From assembly GCA_963745025.1 (NCBI GenBank), contig CAVUWD010000013.1:1-64000 (forward strand): a stretch of 64,000 bases of DNA, given 5' to 3'. Position numbers and translations under genes: made by a program. Origin of the DNA: an uncultured delta proteobacterium. GTDB taxonomy: Bacteria > Desulfobacterota > Binatia > JACPRU01. Below the pieces are notes generated by a model that was not told where the DNA came from, searched no databases, and saw only the letters and a list, made by a program, of their open reading frames with translations. Positions within the stretch are counted from its first letter, which is position 1. The number at the start of each line of letters is the position of its first letter. Below, piece after piece: positions 9,334 through 19,052 of the stretch.

Positions 9334-10173
9334 ATGATGAAACCTCTCATCGTCGGCTTCGCCGGTCTTTTGATCGCAACCCTGGCGCCACGTCCTGCGG
9401 CAGCGTGGAGTCACAGCGGATATCACGGCAGTGCGTCTGGTGGGGGCGGATCCTGGAGCGCTTCGGGGAGTCACGGCGGCAGCGCGTCCGGTGGCGGCGG
9501 CTCGTGGAGCGGGTCGGGTGCCCACGGCGGCTCCGCATCTGGCGGTGGGGGCTCGTGGAGCGCCCACGGCGCGGCCGGCGGCTCCGCATCCGGCGGCGGC
9601 GGCACCTGGAGCTCCCATAGCGCCTATGGAACCTCGACGTACCACACCAGCGGGTATTACGGCGGATCAACGACTCACACGAACTACTCCGGAGGATCGA
9701 CGACGACGGCTCACACGACGAACTACTACGGTGGAACCTATTCGTCGTACCATCCACCGACGACCGTGAACTACTACGGATCGAGCTGCACCAACTGCGG
9801 CGGGTGGTCGACGGGTGGCGCCGCCGCCGCTGGTATGGCGGTCGGCATGGTGACGGGGGCGGCGATGGCGTCGTCGCAAGCCAATGCGGCCTCGGCGAAC
9901 GCTTACAACTCCGGCTACGTCGCGGGTACGAGCACGGCGAGCTCGAGCAACGCGTACAACGCGGGCTACGTCGCGGGGAGCTCGAACACCGCAGCGATCG
10001 CGACGTCTAGCGGCAGCGCGAGCTACCCGGTGGGCGCGATCTACGCGACGCTACCGGCGGGATGCATGCAACCGAGCGGCCTCAGCTCGACGTACTACCT
10101 GTGCGGCAATAACTGGTTCCAACCGTCCTATGGCGCAAACGGCGTCTATTACCGTTCCGTATCGGCGCCTTGA
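9334..10173 (+). CDS. Secreted Gly/Ser/Tyr-rich repeat protein with a C-terminal Cys-containing domain (DUF6515-like)
   Basis: GAGGAGG RBS, signal peptide ending AAA-W, 17-aa repeats, LPAGC...YYLC...WFQP...YYRSV tail. Confidence 0.8.
   Translation: MMKPLIVGFAGLLIATLAPRPAAAWSHSGYHGSASGGGGSWSASGSHGGSASGGGGSWSGSGAHGGSASGGGGSWSAHGAAGGSASGGGGTWSSHSAYGTSTYHTSGYYGGSTTHTNYSGGSTTTAHTTNYYGGTYSSYHPPTTVNYYGSSCTNCGGWSTGGAAAAGMAVGMVTGAAMASSQANAASANAYNSGYVAGTSTASSSNAYNAGYVAGSSNTAAIATSSGSASYPVGAIYATLPAGCMQPSGLSSTYYLCGNNWFQPSYGANGVYYRSVSAP
9430..9633 (+). repeat. Four 51-bp coding tandem repeats (SASGGGGSWSxxGxHGG)
   Basis: Visible in the translation; codons differ between units. Confidence 0.85.
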
Positions 10174-10211
10174 CGGTCGACGCCTCGAGACTCGAGAAAG
10201 GGAGAAAGAGA

Positions 10212-10502
10212 ATGATCAGACGACGTTCGTATTGGCTCGCAGTGCTGTCCGCGCTCGCCTGTGCCGGTGCCCTCTACGCGCAGCAATATCCGGTCATGGA
10301 CATAGTCGCGGACGAGCTCGTCCAGAAATACCAGAGCGCTACCTGCGAAACCCTCTGGCAACAGAAGCAACAGCCGAAATCAGAACGCCAGAAGGAAATG
10401 ATCCAGCTGCTGCGCGACGATCCGCAGATGCGTGCCGCATTTCTCAACAAGGTAGCGGCTCCGATCGTCAACAAGATGTTCGAATGCGGCATGGTTCCGT
10501 GA
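10212..10502 (+). CDS. Small exported helical protein with two Cys
   Basis: Signal peptide ending LYA-Q; KYQSATCE...APIVNKMFECGMVP. Confidence 0.75.
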   Translation: MIRRRSYWLAVLSALACAGALYAQQYPVMDIVADELVQKYQSATCETLWQQKQQPKSERQKEMIQLLRDDPQMRAAFLNKVAAPIVNKMFECGMVP

Positions 10503-10530
10503 GCTCGGATCCCCAAGGGCGCCACTGTCG

Positions 10531-10875
10531 ATGGGTCGGCGCGGAACTCCGGTCGTCGCCGCAACGCTTCTGTTGCTCGCCGGCTGCGTCTCGTTCCGCG
10601 ACATGCGAGCCAAGAACGCATACCTGAAGGGCGACATCGATACCGCGGAGGCGCTGACCGAGAGCTCGTTGCAAAGCGATCCGAGCGATCTTCAGGCCCG
10701 GAAGCTCGGGGCCAAGATCGCGACGCGGCGCGGCACCGATGCGCTCGGCCGCGGCGAGATCGCCGTTGCCCGCGGCTATTTCCAAAAGGCGGTGAACCTC
10801 TATCCCGCGGATGACGTTGCCGAGAAATACCTCGACATGATCCAGCGGGAAGAAGCGACTCGTCAAGTGAAGTAG
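10531..10875 (+). CDS. TPR-like lipoprotein
   Basis: Lipobox LAG-C; TPR-like helices (ARGYFQKAVNLYP). Confidence 0.7.
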   Translation: MGRRGTPVVAATLLLLAGCVSFRDMRAKNAYLKGDIDTAEALTESSLQSDPSDLQARKLGAKIATRRGTDALGRGEIAVARGYFQKAVNLYPADDVAEKYLDMIQREEATRQVK

Positions 10876-10968
10876 CGGTTTGCCTCTTGCGTCGGGTGGC
10901 AACGAGGAGGAGAGAAGTGGCCTGCTGCGGCGTCCTGGCCACGGCGGTGTGATCGAAGGAGAGAAGAG

Positions 10969-11532
10969 ATGAACAGATCGAAACAGGTCCGAGGAACCGC
11001 GTTGGTTCTCGCGACGGCGCTCTTGATGGGCATGAGCCCGGCGAGGGCGCTGGCAGACTCCGCGGAAGACATCGACAGTAGCGTCGATGCCACCCTGCAG
11101 CGGCTCTACCAGAACCAGCCGTCGGCGCAGATGCTCGCGCAGAGCGCCAAGGCCGTCCTCGTCTTCCCGAACATCGTCAAGGCCGGGTTCATGTTCGGCG
11201 CTCAGTACGGCGAGGGTGCCCTTCGCGAGCACGGCGCCACGGTCGGCTACTACAGCTCCAGCGCCGTCTCGTACGGATACCAGGCCGGCCTACAGGTGTT
11301 CGGCTACGCGATGTTCTTCATGAACGAGAACGCGCTCAGTTATCTCAAGAAGAGCGAGGGCTGGGAGGTGGGCGTCGGTCCGAGCATCGTCATCATGGAC
11401 GAGGGCATAGGCAAGTCGCTGACCAGCACGACGCTCACGCAAGACGTCTATGCCTGCATCTTCGATCAGCAAGGGCTGTTCGCGGGCGCCGGCATACAGG
11501 GGTCGAAGATCACCAAGATCAATCGCAATTGA
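10969..11532 (+). CDS. YSC84/SYLF lipid-binding domain exported protein
   Basis: AKAVLVFPNIVKAGFMFGAQYGEG, S.GYQAGLQ, GWEVG, QQGL.AG...QGSKITKI. Confidence 0.9.
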   Translation: MNRSKQVRGTALVLATALLMGMSPARALADSAEDIDSSVDATLQRLYQNQPSAQMLAQSAKAVLVFPNIVKAGFMFGAQYGEGALREHGATVGYYSSSAVSYGYQAGLQVFGYAMFFMNENALSYLKKSEGWEVGVGPSIVIMDEGIGKSLTSTTLTQDVYACIFDQQGLFAGAGIQGSKITKINRN

Positions 11533-11555
11533 TGGCGGTCCGAGGTGAAAGGAAA

Positions 11556-12047
11556 ATGACGATGACGCTCTCACGAATGCTGGTCACAGCTTCTGCGGCA
11601 ATGCTCCTGTTCGCGGCTCCGGCGGTTCGCGCCGCCGATGCCCCTCAGAGCAACATGGACATCGCCCGCGAGGCGATGCGCGCCGACAAGAAGGCACTGG
11701 TGGCGACGAACCTGCAGTTGACCGACGCGGAAGCCAAGGCGTTCTGGCCGGTTTACGACAAGTACGAAAAGGATCTGCTCACGGCGAACAACAAGCTCTA
11801 CCAGGTCATCGAGGAATATGCGCTCGGCTACAACAAGGACAAGCTCACCGACGCCAAAGGGCTAGATCTCGTCCGCGGCTACCTTTCCGCCGAAGAGGCT
11901 CGCACCAAGGTGCGGAGCTCGTACCTGGAACAGTTCTCGAAGGCTCTTCCCGGGCTGAAGGTCGCCCGCTTCTACCAGATCGAGAACAAGCTCGACGCGA
12001 TCGTCCGCTACGAGATGGCGGGGCGGATCCCGCTGGTCAAGCAATAG
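11556..12047 (+). CDS. Exported helical protein
   Basis: Signal peptide ending VRA-A; LQLTDAEAKAFWPVYDKY and KVARFYQIENK conserved-type motifs. Confidence 0.8.
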   Translation: MTMTLSRMLVTASAAMLLFAAPAVRAADAPQSNMDIAREAMRADKKALVATNLQLTDAEAKAFWPVYDKYEKDLLTANNKLYQVIEEYALGYNKDKLTDAKGLDLVRGYLSAEEARTKVRSSYLEQFSKALPGLKVARFYQIENKLDAIVRYEMAGRIPLVKQ

Positions 12048-12053
12048 CCGCAT

Positions 12054-12072
12054 CCGCGGCAAGTTGCCGCGG
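12054..12072. other. Perfect inverted repeat CCGCGGCAA-G-TTGCCGCGG (RNA hairpin or operator)
   Basis: Lies just after the stop at 12047 and upstream of the HdeA-like gene; no U-tract follows. Confidence 0.45.
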
Positions 12073-12130
12073 GAATTCAAGTCTGAAAGGCACGAATCGC
12101 AATGGTTGGACTTCCACAGAGGAGGAAATC

Positions 12131-12442
12131 ATGAAGAAGCAATCGATCATCGTGTCGGCGACGGTGGCTTCGGTGCTCGGCGGCCTGGTGGTGGCTCTAC
12201 CGGTGCAGGCCGGCGAGAAGCAGCAGGTAGACATGATCACGTGCGAACAGTTTCTGAAAATGGCTCCCGCCGCCCAAGAGCGCGTCGCCTACTGGGTAGA
12301 CGGTTACCAAGAAGGTACCGGCAAAGCCGCCATAGAGGTCATCGAGCTCGACAAGTTCGGCCAGCCGGTCGGTGAAATCGTCGAAGACTGCAAGACGACT
12401 CCGAAGGAGACGCTCTGGCAGAAGCTCAAGAAGCATCTCTAG
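12131..12442 (+). CDS. HdeA/HdeB family acid-stress periplasmic chaperone
   Basis: GAGGAGG RBS, signal peptide, ITCEQFL...VAYW and IVEDCKTTPKETLWQK, the two-Cys HdeA pattern. Confidence 0.8.
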   Translation: MKKQSIIVSATVASVLGGLVVALPVQAGEKQQVDMITCEQFLKMAPAAQERVAYWVDGYQEGTGKAAIEVIELDKFGQPVGEIVEDCKTTPKETLWQKLKKHL

Positions 12443-12486
12443 AATCCACACCTAACGGAGGGCCACTACGGCCACTTGATGGAGGC

Positions 12487-15009
12487 ATGCCAATGAAGAT
12501 GCTCCGTCGTGCATTGACGATGGTGGCTCTGGCTACCGTGCTCGCGGTTACCGTTGGCAAGGTGGCAGCCGCGGAGGTCACCGGCACGCTCGGCTCCCCG
12601 AGCGCAACGACGACGATCGACGGCAAGCAACTCCCGCCGCCCGACCCGAAATTCGGCGGCGTGATCAAGGAGAACGCGGCCCAGTCGAAACCGTGGTGGG
12701 CACCGCGCATCGTGCCGCCCAAGGGCGCGCCCAACGTGCTGCTCATCATGACCGACGACTCCGGCTTCGGCGTCCCCAGCACCTTCGGCGGCGTCATCCC
12801 CACGCCGGCGCTGGATCGCATCGCCAAGACCGGCCTGCGTTACACGCAGATTTGATTCCACCGCGCTCTGCTCGCCGACGCGCGCCGCGCTGATCACCGG
12901 CCGCAACCATCACTCGGCCGGCTTCGGCGTGATCTCCGAACAGTCCACCGGCTTCCCCGGCTACAACAGCATCATCGCCAAGGACAAGGCCACCATCGGC
13001 CGCATCCTCAAGGACAACGGCTACGCCACCTCGTGGTTCGGCAAGGACCACAACACGCCGGCCTTCGCGGCCAGCCAGGTCGGGCCGTTCGACCAGTGGC
13101 CGATCGGCATGGGCTTCGAGTACTTCTACGGCTTCGTCGGCGGCGACACCAACCAGTGGCAGCCGAACCTGTTCCGCAACACGACCCAGATCTATCCCTT
13201 CGAGGGCAAGCCGGGCTGGAACCTGACCACCGCCATGGCCGACGACGCCATCGATTGGCTGAACCGGATCAACCAGATCGATCCGAGCAAGCCGTTCTTC
13301 TTCTACTACGTTCCCGGCGGCACGCACGCGCCGCATCATCCGACGAAGGAATGGGTGGACAAGATCCACGACATGCACCTGTTCGACGAGGGCTGGAACA
13401 AACTCCGCGAGACGATCTTCGCCAACCAGAAGAAGCTCGGCGTGATTCCGCAGGACGCCAAGCTGACGCCCTGGCCGAAGGACATCCTGAAGGAGTGGGA
13501 TCAATGCACGCCGGACGAGAAGAAGCTGTTCATCCGGCAGGTCGAGGTCTTCGCCGCCTACGTGGCCTACACCGACCACGAGATCGGCCGCGTCATCCAG
13601 GCCGTCGAGGACATGGGCAAGCTCGACAACACGCTCATCATCTACATCAACGGCGACAACGGCACCAGCGCCGAGGGCAGCCTGATCGGCACGCCCAACG
13701 AAGTCGCGTTCTTCAACGGCGTCAACGTCCCGGTCGAGGACCAGCTGAAGTATTTCTACGACGTCTGGGGCACCGAGAAGACCTACAACCACATGGCCGT
13801 GCCATTGGGCGTGGGCCTTCGACACGCCGTTCAGTTGGATCAAGCAGATCGCCTCGCACTTCGGCGGCGTCCGCCAGGGCATGTGCGTCTCCTGGCCCGG
13901 CCACATCAAGGACGTCGGCGGCATCCGCAACCAGTTCCATCACGTCATCGACGTCGTGCCGACGATTCTCGAAGCTCGCGGCATCCGCCGCCCGAATATG
14001 TGGACGGCATCAAGCAAAGCCCGATCGAAGGCGTGAGCTTCGCCTACACCTTCGAGCAAGGCCAACGCCAACGCGCCCTCCCGGCACAAGACGCAGTACT
14101 TCGAGATGATGGGCGACCACGCCATCTATCACGAAGGCTGGATCGCCAGCACCAAGGTCATCCGCCCGCCGTGGGAGGCCTTCGGCCCGGCCAATCCGGA
14201 CCCCGTCAACAACGTCACCTGGGAACTCTACGACCTGACCAAGGACTGGACGCAGTCCGACGACGTGGCGGCCAAGCATCCCGAGAAGGTGAAGGAGATG
14301 AAGGAACTGTTCCTGCAGGAAGCCCGGAAGTATCAGGTGCTCCCGCTGGACGCCTCGGTGGCGGCCCGCATCGTGGCCCCGCGCCCCAACATCACCGCCG
14401 GCCGCACCGAGTTCGTTTACACCCGGCCGCATGACCGGCCTTCCGCAGGGCGATTCTCCGTTCCTGCTCAACAGCTCCTACACCATCACGGCGGACATCG
14501 AAGTGCCGGAGGGCGGCGCCGAGGGCATGATCCTGACCTCCGGCGGCCGGTTCGCCGGCTACGGCTTCTACCTGCTCAAGGGCAAGCCGGTGTTCCTCTG
14601 GAACCTGATTGACCTGAAGCGCATCAAGTGGGAAGGCCCGGACGCGCTCACGCCCGGCAAGCACACCGTCGAGTTCGACTTCAAGTATGACGGCCTGGGC
14701 CTGGGCACGCTCGCCTTCAACAACATGAGCGGCCTCGGCCGCGGCGGCACCGGCACGCTCAAGGTGGACGGCAAGGAAGTCGCCACGCAGAAGATGGAGC
14801 ACACGCTGCCCATGATCCTGCAATGGGACGAGAGCTTCGACATCGGCTCCGACACCCTGACCGGCGTGAACGACGCGGACTACCAGCCGCCGTTCACCCT
14901 CACCGCCAAGCTCAACAAGCTGACGATCAAGGTGGACCGGCCGAAGCTGTCGCCCGAGGACGTCAAGAAGCTCGGAAGCGGCCAGCGGAACAACCGGGCG
15001 AGCGAGTAG
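12487..15009 (+). pseudogene. Exported arylsulfatase (Cys-type formylglycine), broken by about 6 frameshift sites
   Basis: PNVLLIMTDD; CSPTRAALITGR near 12868 in a shifted frame; FGKDH, THAPH, GDNG; LamG-like C-terminus. Frame breaks near 12850, 13806, 13988, 14056, 14428 and 14975. May be an intact gene with sequencing errors. Confidence 0.9.
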
Positions 15010-15144
15010 CGGAATCTCGGGAGGCGGGTCTTGCGCTGCAACACGCCAATTGCAGCGCGAGACCTGCGGCATACGGCAACTGCCCTTTGCCGCGATTTTT
15101 TCGCACCCCAGAATCAACCGCAAGCCCTCGAGGCATTCAATTCC

Positions 15145-17046
15145 GTGAGCGACACCAAAGAACCCAAAGAGCGACTGGCAGCGATTCTCGCCGCCGATGC
15201 CGTCGGGTTTTCGCGCTTGATGCACGATGACGAAAGAATCACGGTCGCGACGCTGGATGAATTTCGCGGTGTCTTCCGGCAACGGATCGACGCGCACGAT
15301 GGTAGGGTCGTCGACATGGCTGGCGATTCCATCCTGGCCATATTCGACAGCGCGACCGGCGCGGTCAATGCGGCGACAGAAGCCCAGCTGGAGCTATCAA
15401 AGCGGAACGAAGCGCTGCCACCACAGCGCCAGATGTGGTTCCGCGTCGGCGTCAATCTCGGCGACATCCTGCTGAAGGACGACGGCACGATCTATGGCGA
15501 TGGGGTCAACGTAGCGGCACGCCTGCAGTCCATGGCAAGCCCCGGCGGTATCAACGTCTCGGGCAGCGTGTTCGACAGCGTGCGTGCAAAAATTGGCGGA
15601 CCGTTCGACTTTCTCGGCGATCAGGAACTGAAAAACATCGCCGCACCGGTACCGGTCTACAGTGTCGGCATCGCCGCGGGCGACGCGGGCAAACGTCAGC
15701 TGCCCCCACCCAGCAAGAAACCCGCTGGCAAGACGCGGCCGACAGTCCGCGTCATGCCGCTCAAGGTGATCAGTGGCGGAGACGACGTAGAAGAACTCGC
15801 GGCGGGGCTTTATCAGGACATCGTTGGTGGCCTGACCCGACAGACGGCGATTGATGTCAGCGGCGACTCCGTCCGCGCTGGTGGCCGGACTAATCCCGAG
15901 GATGCCGGCGATTTTCAGCTTGAAGGGAGTATCCGCGCGGCAGGTGAACGGCTCCGCCTGTCCTTCACCCTCCTCGACACCGCCGCGCGGCGCCAGATCT
16001 GGTCGGAGCGATACGACCGCCAGCTCCAGGATATTTTCGAGCTGGAAGATGAAATCTCCCGAAGCGTGGCGTCTGCGGTACGCATCAGAATCAAGGCGGG
16101 CGCTTTCGAGAAGCTGCGCGACACGAAGAACGATCAGCTCTCCGTGCCTGAGCTGTTGTCGAAAGCCGCCGGATATTTCGTCAACTCGTATGCGCACAAC
16201 GAAGAGGTGGCGGAAATTCTACGCCTCGCCCTGGAGCGGATGCCGGATAACTCGATGGCAAACGCGATGGCGGTCCTCTGTCGCTATCGCATGTTTGAAT
16301 TTTCACCCTTCGCAATCCCGGATGACGCTCAAGAGGCGCTGTTCGCACAGAGCGGTCGCGCGCTTGCGCTGGACGCCTCGAGCTACTTTGCGCACCTGAT
16401 TGCGGCACTGATTCATCAGGATATCAGGGGTGATTACGAGGCGTCGTTGGTACACGCGGAAACCGCTCTGAGTCTCAATCCGAGTTTTTCGCAGGCGACG
16501 GCCATGGCCGGTATCGTCAAGATTCACCTGGGCGAGCTGGATGCCGGACTCCGCATGTTGCAGAACGGAATCGACGCGGCACCGGAAGATCCGCACCGCT
16601 TCCGTCACCTGCGAGAATTGGCGATCGGTTGTCTCATTGCCGGAGATGCGCGCCGAGCCGCTGCGGTGGTCGACAAGCTGATGCACCAGGCGCCTGACCT
16701 GCTGCGCAATGAGCTCGTATTCGTCCCCGTCCTCTGGCACGCCGGACGACAGGAAGAGGCAAAACGACGCGTTGAGCAATTGCTCGCCCGTCATCCTGAT
16801 CTCACTCAACGGAATATGCGGCCCGTGAACGTCCGGGACTCCGGCCTCGCTGCTCGCTTGGCAGACGGTTTGACGCTGGCAGGTCTGCCCGCACACCTCC
16901 GTGATGCGCGCAGATTGAGGTCGACTGGTAGTGTTCGGGGTCGCGCAACGGCGGCGGAGGTTCCTCCGAAATGTCGGAGGTCGGGTTCGAGCTGCCCGGG
17001 CGGTTGCGTGTCGAAAGCATCCGTGAGCTTTGATAGATTTAGTTGA
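15145..17046 (+). CDS. Class III adenylate/guanylate cyclase with TolB-like and TPR domains
   Basis: LAAILAADAVGFSRLM, AGDS, FRVGVNLGD, IYGDGVNVAARLQ, IWSERYDR, C-terminal TPRs; GTG start inferred. Confidence 0.9.
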   Translation: MSDTKEPKERLAAILAADAVGFSRLMHDDERITVATLDEFRGVFRQRIDAHDGRVVDMAGDSILAIFDSATGAVNAATEAQLELSKRNEALPPQRQMWFRVGVNLGDILLKDDGTIYGDGVNVAARLQSMASPGGINVSGSVFDSVRAKIGGPFDFLGDQELKNIAAPVPVYSVGIAAGDAGKRQLPPPSKKPAGKTRPTVRVMPLKVISGGDDVEELAAGLYQDIVGGLTRQTAIDVSGDSVRAGGRTNPEDAGDFQLEGSIRAAGERLRLSFTLLDTAARRQIWSERYDRQLQDIFELEDEISRSVASAVRIRIKAGAFEKLRDTKNDQLSVPELLSKAAGYFVNSYAHNEEVAEILRLALERMPDNSMANAMAVLCRYRMFEFSPFAIPDDAQEALFAQSGRALALDASSYFAHLIAALIHQDIRGDYEASLVHAETALSLNPSFSQATAMAGIVKIHLGELDAGLRMLQNGIDAAPEDPHRFRHLRELAIGCLIAGDARRAAAVVDKLMHQAPDLLRNELVFVPVLWHAGRQEEAKRRVEQLLARHPDLTQRNMRPVNVRDSGLAARLADGLTLAGLPAHLRDARRLRSTGSVRGRATAAEVPPKCRRSGSSCPGGCVSKASVSFDRFS

Positions 17047-17268
17047 ATTCGGCTTGTCGCCACGGCAGGCCGCGCCTGGCTCGGAACTGGCTTCTCGCAG
17101 AAGACGACACGGCCGGGCATTCGGCGGATCAGACAATCGATGGCGATGAAGTGAAGCCATGAAACTACGTTGGACCTCGCACCACGTCGAGGCGGTCGGG
17201 CTCGCTACAGCCTCGCTGGTGACCGCGTGCGTATCCAAGCTGCTTCGCAACTTGAACGTGTGAGACTC

Positions 17269-18324
17269 ATGCAAAGCCCCCAGACTTCGGACCTCGCTCG
17301 TACCACACTCCAGCTGCTGGCCCTCGGCGCACTGATCGCCGCTAGCGTTTGGATCGTGCGGCCATTCCTCGTCGCCTCGACCTGGGCAACCATGATCGCA
17401 GTCGCCACGTGGCCGCTGTTGCTGCGTGCGGAGGCATTGCTATGGGGCAGGCGCTCTCTCGCCGTGGCATTGATGACGCTCGCGTTGCTGCTGATGCTCG
17501 TGGTGCCGCTCTACCTCGGCGTCGCGACGGTCGTGAACAATGTTGCCCAGATCGCGGACTGGTCGAGATCGGCCGCGACGCTCACCGTCCCGCAGCCTCC
17601 CGCGTGGGTCGCGGAGGTTCCGCTGGTGGGATCGAAGCTGGCGGGGCGCTGGCAGCAGATCGCGGCTGCAGGGCCGGAGGGGATCTCTGCGCACCTCGCG
17701 CCCTTGACCGGCGAGCTCGCCCTCTGGTTCGTCGGCCAGGTCGGCAGCATCGGACTGCTGCTCCTCCACTTCTTGCTCACGGTGATCATCACCGCGATTC
17801 TGTTCGCGAACGGCGAAACGGCGGCCCGCGCCGCGGACCGTTTTGCTCTGCGGCTTGCTGGACCGCAGGCCGAGAACGCCGTCCACCTCGCGGCGCAGGC
17901 GGTCCGAGCCGTCGCGCTGGGCGTCGTCGTCACGGCCATTGTCCAATCCGGTCTTGCTGGACTTGGGCTCGCGATCGCCGGCGTGCCCTTCGCCCCGGTT
18001 CTGACCGTGGTAATGTTCGTTCTAGCGGTTGCGCAGATCGGCGTCTGGCCTGTGCTGATACTAGCGGTCATCTGGGTCTACAAGACGAGCAGTTTGTTGT
18101 GGGGCACCGTGTTTCTCGTCTGGGCGAGCTTCTGCGGCACCTTCGACAACTTTTTACGCCCGATGTTGATCAAGCGCGGTGCCGACCTGCCGCTGCTGCT
18201 GATCTTCGCGGGTGTCCTCGGTGGGCTCGTTGCATTCGGCGTCGTCGGGCTCTTCATCGGGCCGGTGGTGCTGGCGGTGGCTTATACGCTGCTGGCGGAC
18301 TGGGTGTCCGAGAGCGCTCCGTAG
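17269..18324 (+). CDS. ydiK: AI-2E family transporter (YdiK-like)
   Basis: DLARTTL, WATMIAVATWP, DNFLRPMLIKRGADLPLLLIFAGVLGGL..FG..GLFIGPV. Confidence 0.85.
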   Translation: MQSPQTSDLARTTLQLLALGALIAASVWIVRPFLVASTWATMIAVATWPLLLRAEALLWGRRSLAVALMTLALLLMLVVPLYLGVATVVNNVAQIADWSRSAATLTVPQPPAWVAEVPLVGSKLAGRWQQIAAAGPEGISAHLAPLTGELALWFVGQVGSIGLLLLHFLLTVIITAILFANGETAARAADRFALRLAGPQAENAVHLAAQAVRAVALGVVVTAIVQSGLAGLGLAIAGVPFAPVLTVVMFVLAVAQIGVWPVLILAVIWVYKTSSLLWGTVFLVWASFCGTFDNFLRPMLIKRGADLPLLLIFAGVLGGLVAFGVVGLFIGPVVLAVAYTLLADWVSESAP

Positions 18325-18540
18325 GAAAGACCAGGCCGTGCGAGTCGACCGGCCTTCACGGAGCCACCTCCGAAGCTTCGCAGGGAACTCCGAGATTTCA
18401 GAGGCGCCGACCAGCTGCTGGCTGCTTGATTCTTCTCGGCGAATCGTATTGATGCGAACCGATAGGATTTCTTGGATGTGACGGACTAGTGGACTCGTGA
18501 CCCGAGTCGTGCTTCATACAGCCGGTCGGAGGTAATTCCA

Positions 18541-18876
18541 ATGACGAACCCGTTCGTACGCTTGGCACTCATCGCGACGATGGCAGTGGCTGGATGTGCC
18601 AGCCAGAGCCAGATGATCGCCGACAAACAACCGATGGCGATCCAGGCGGCCCTAACCCGCGGAAAATTCGATTTGAATTGCCCGCAGGCGACCGCGGAGA
18701 TCCTTTCCACAGAGGTCACCCAGCCCGCCGTACAGGGGCCCTTCGCCGCTGGGATCCAACGCGCCGAGTACACGGTCGGCGTGAGCGGCTGCGGGCAGCG
18801 CGCGACGTTCCTCGTGCTTTGTCCGCAGGGTGGAGAAGGCTGCTTTGCCGGAGATCCCGGCGCCAGGATCAGATAG
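18541..18876 (+). CDS. Small Cys-containing lipoprotein
   Basis: GGAGG RBS, lipobox VAG-C, RGKFDLNCP...YTVGVSGCG...C. Confidence 0.75.
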   Translation: MTNPFVRLALIATMAVAGCASQSQMIADKQPMAIQAALTRGKFDLNCPQATAEILSTEVTQPAVQGPFAAGIQRAEYTVGVSGCGQRATFLVLCPQGGEGCFAGDPGARIR

Positions 18877-18881
18877 TTCGT

Positions 18882-19010
18882 ATCCAGAAGGACTCGCCGG
18901 GGAGGGACAGGAGTCGAACTCCCTGCGCCGAATGGCCCGAGCTACATGGTCATGCGGCTCTACCGGCCGAAGCAGGCGGCCGCTCGATGGTGGGTGGAAG
19001 CAATCCGACG
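18882..19010 (+). pseudogene. Relic of a DUF1254/DUF1214 gene 3' end
   Basis: Across frame shifts it reads IQKDSPGRD-ESNSL-APNGPSYMVMRLYRPKQAA-LDGGWK, matching the family tail IQ..SPG...ESNWLPAP.GP...MRLY.P...LDG.W. Confidence 0.7.
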
Positions 19011-19052
19011 GCCAGCTCCGGCCAGGGCGAACGACGTCGGCTCCGCGAGCAT

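Noticed and set aside
9430-9633. 51-bp periodic repeats as CRISPR or a DGR template
   Set aside because: Differences are mainly synonymous, so conservation is at protein level. There is no reverse transcriptase or cas gene.
12853-12855. In-frame TGA just before the sulfatase CSPTR motif as selenocysteine or recoding
   Set aside because: The downstream motif is in a different frame, so an indel explains it and read-through would not.
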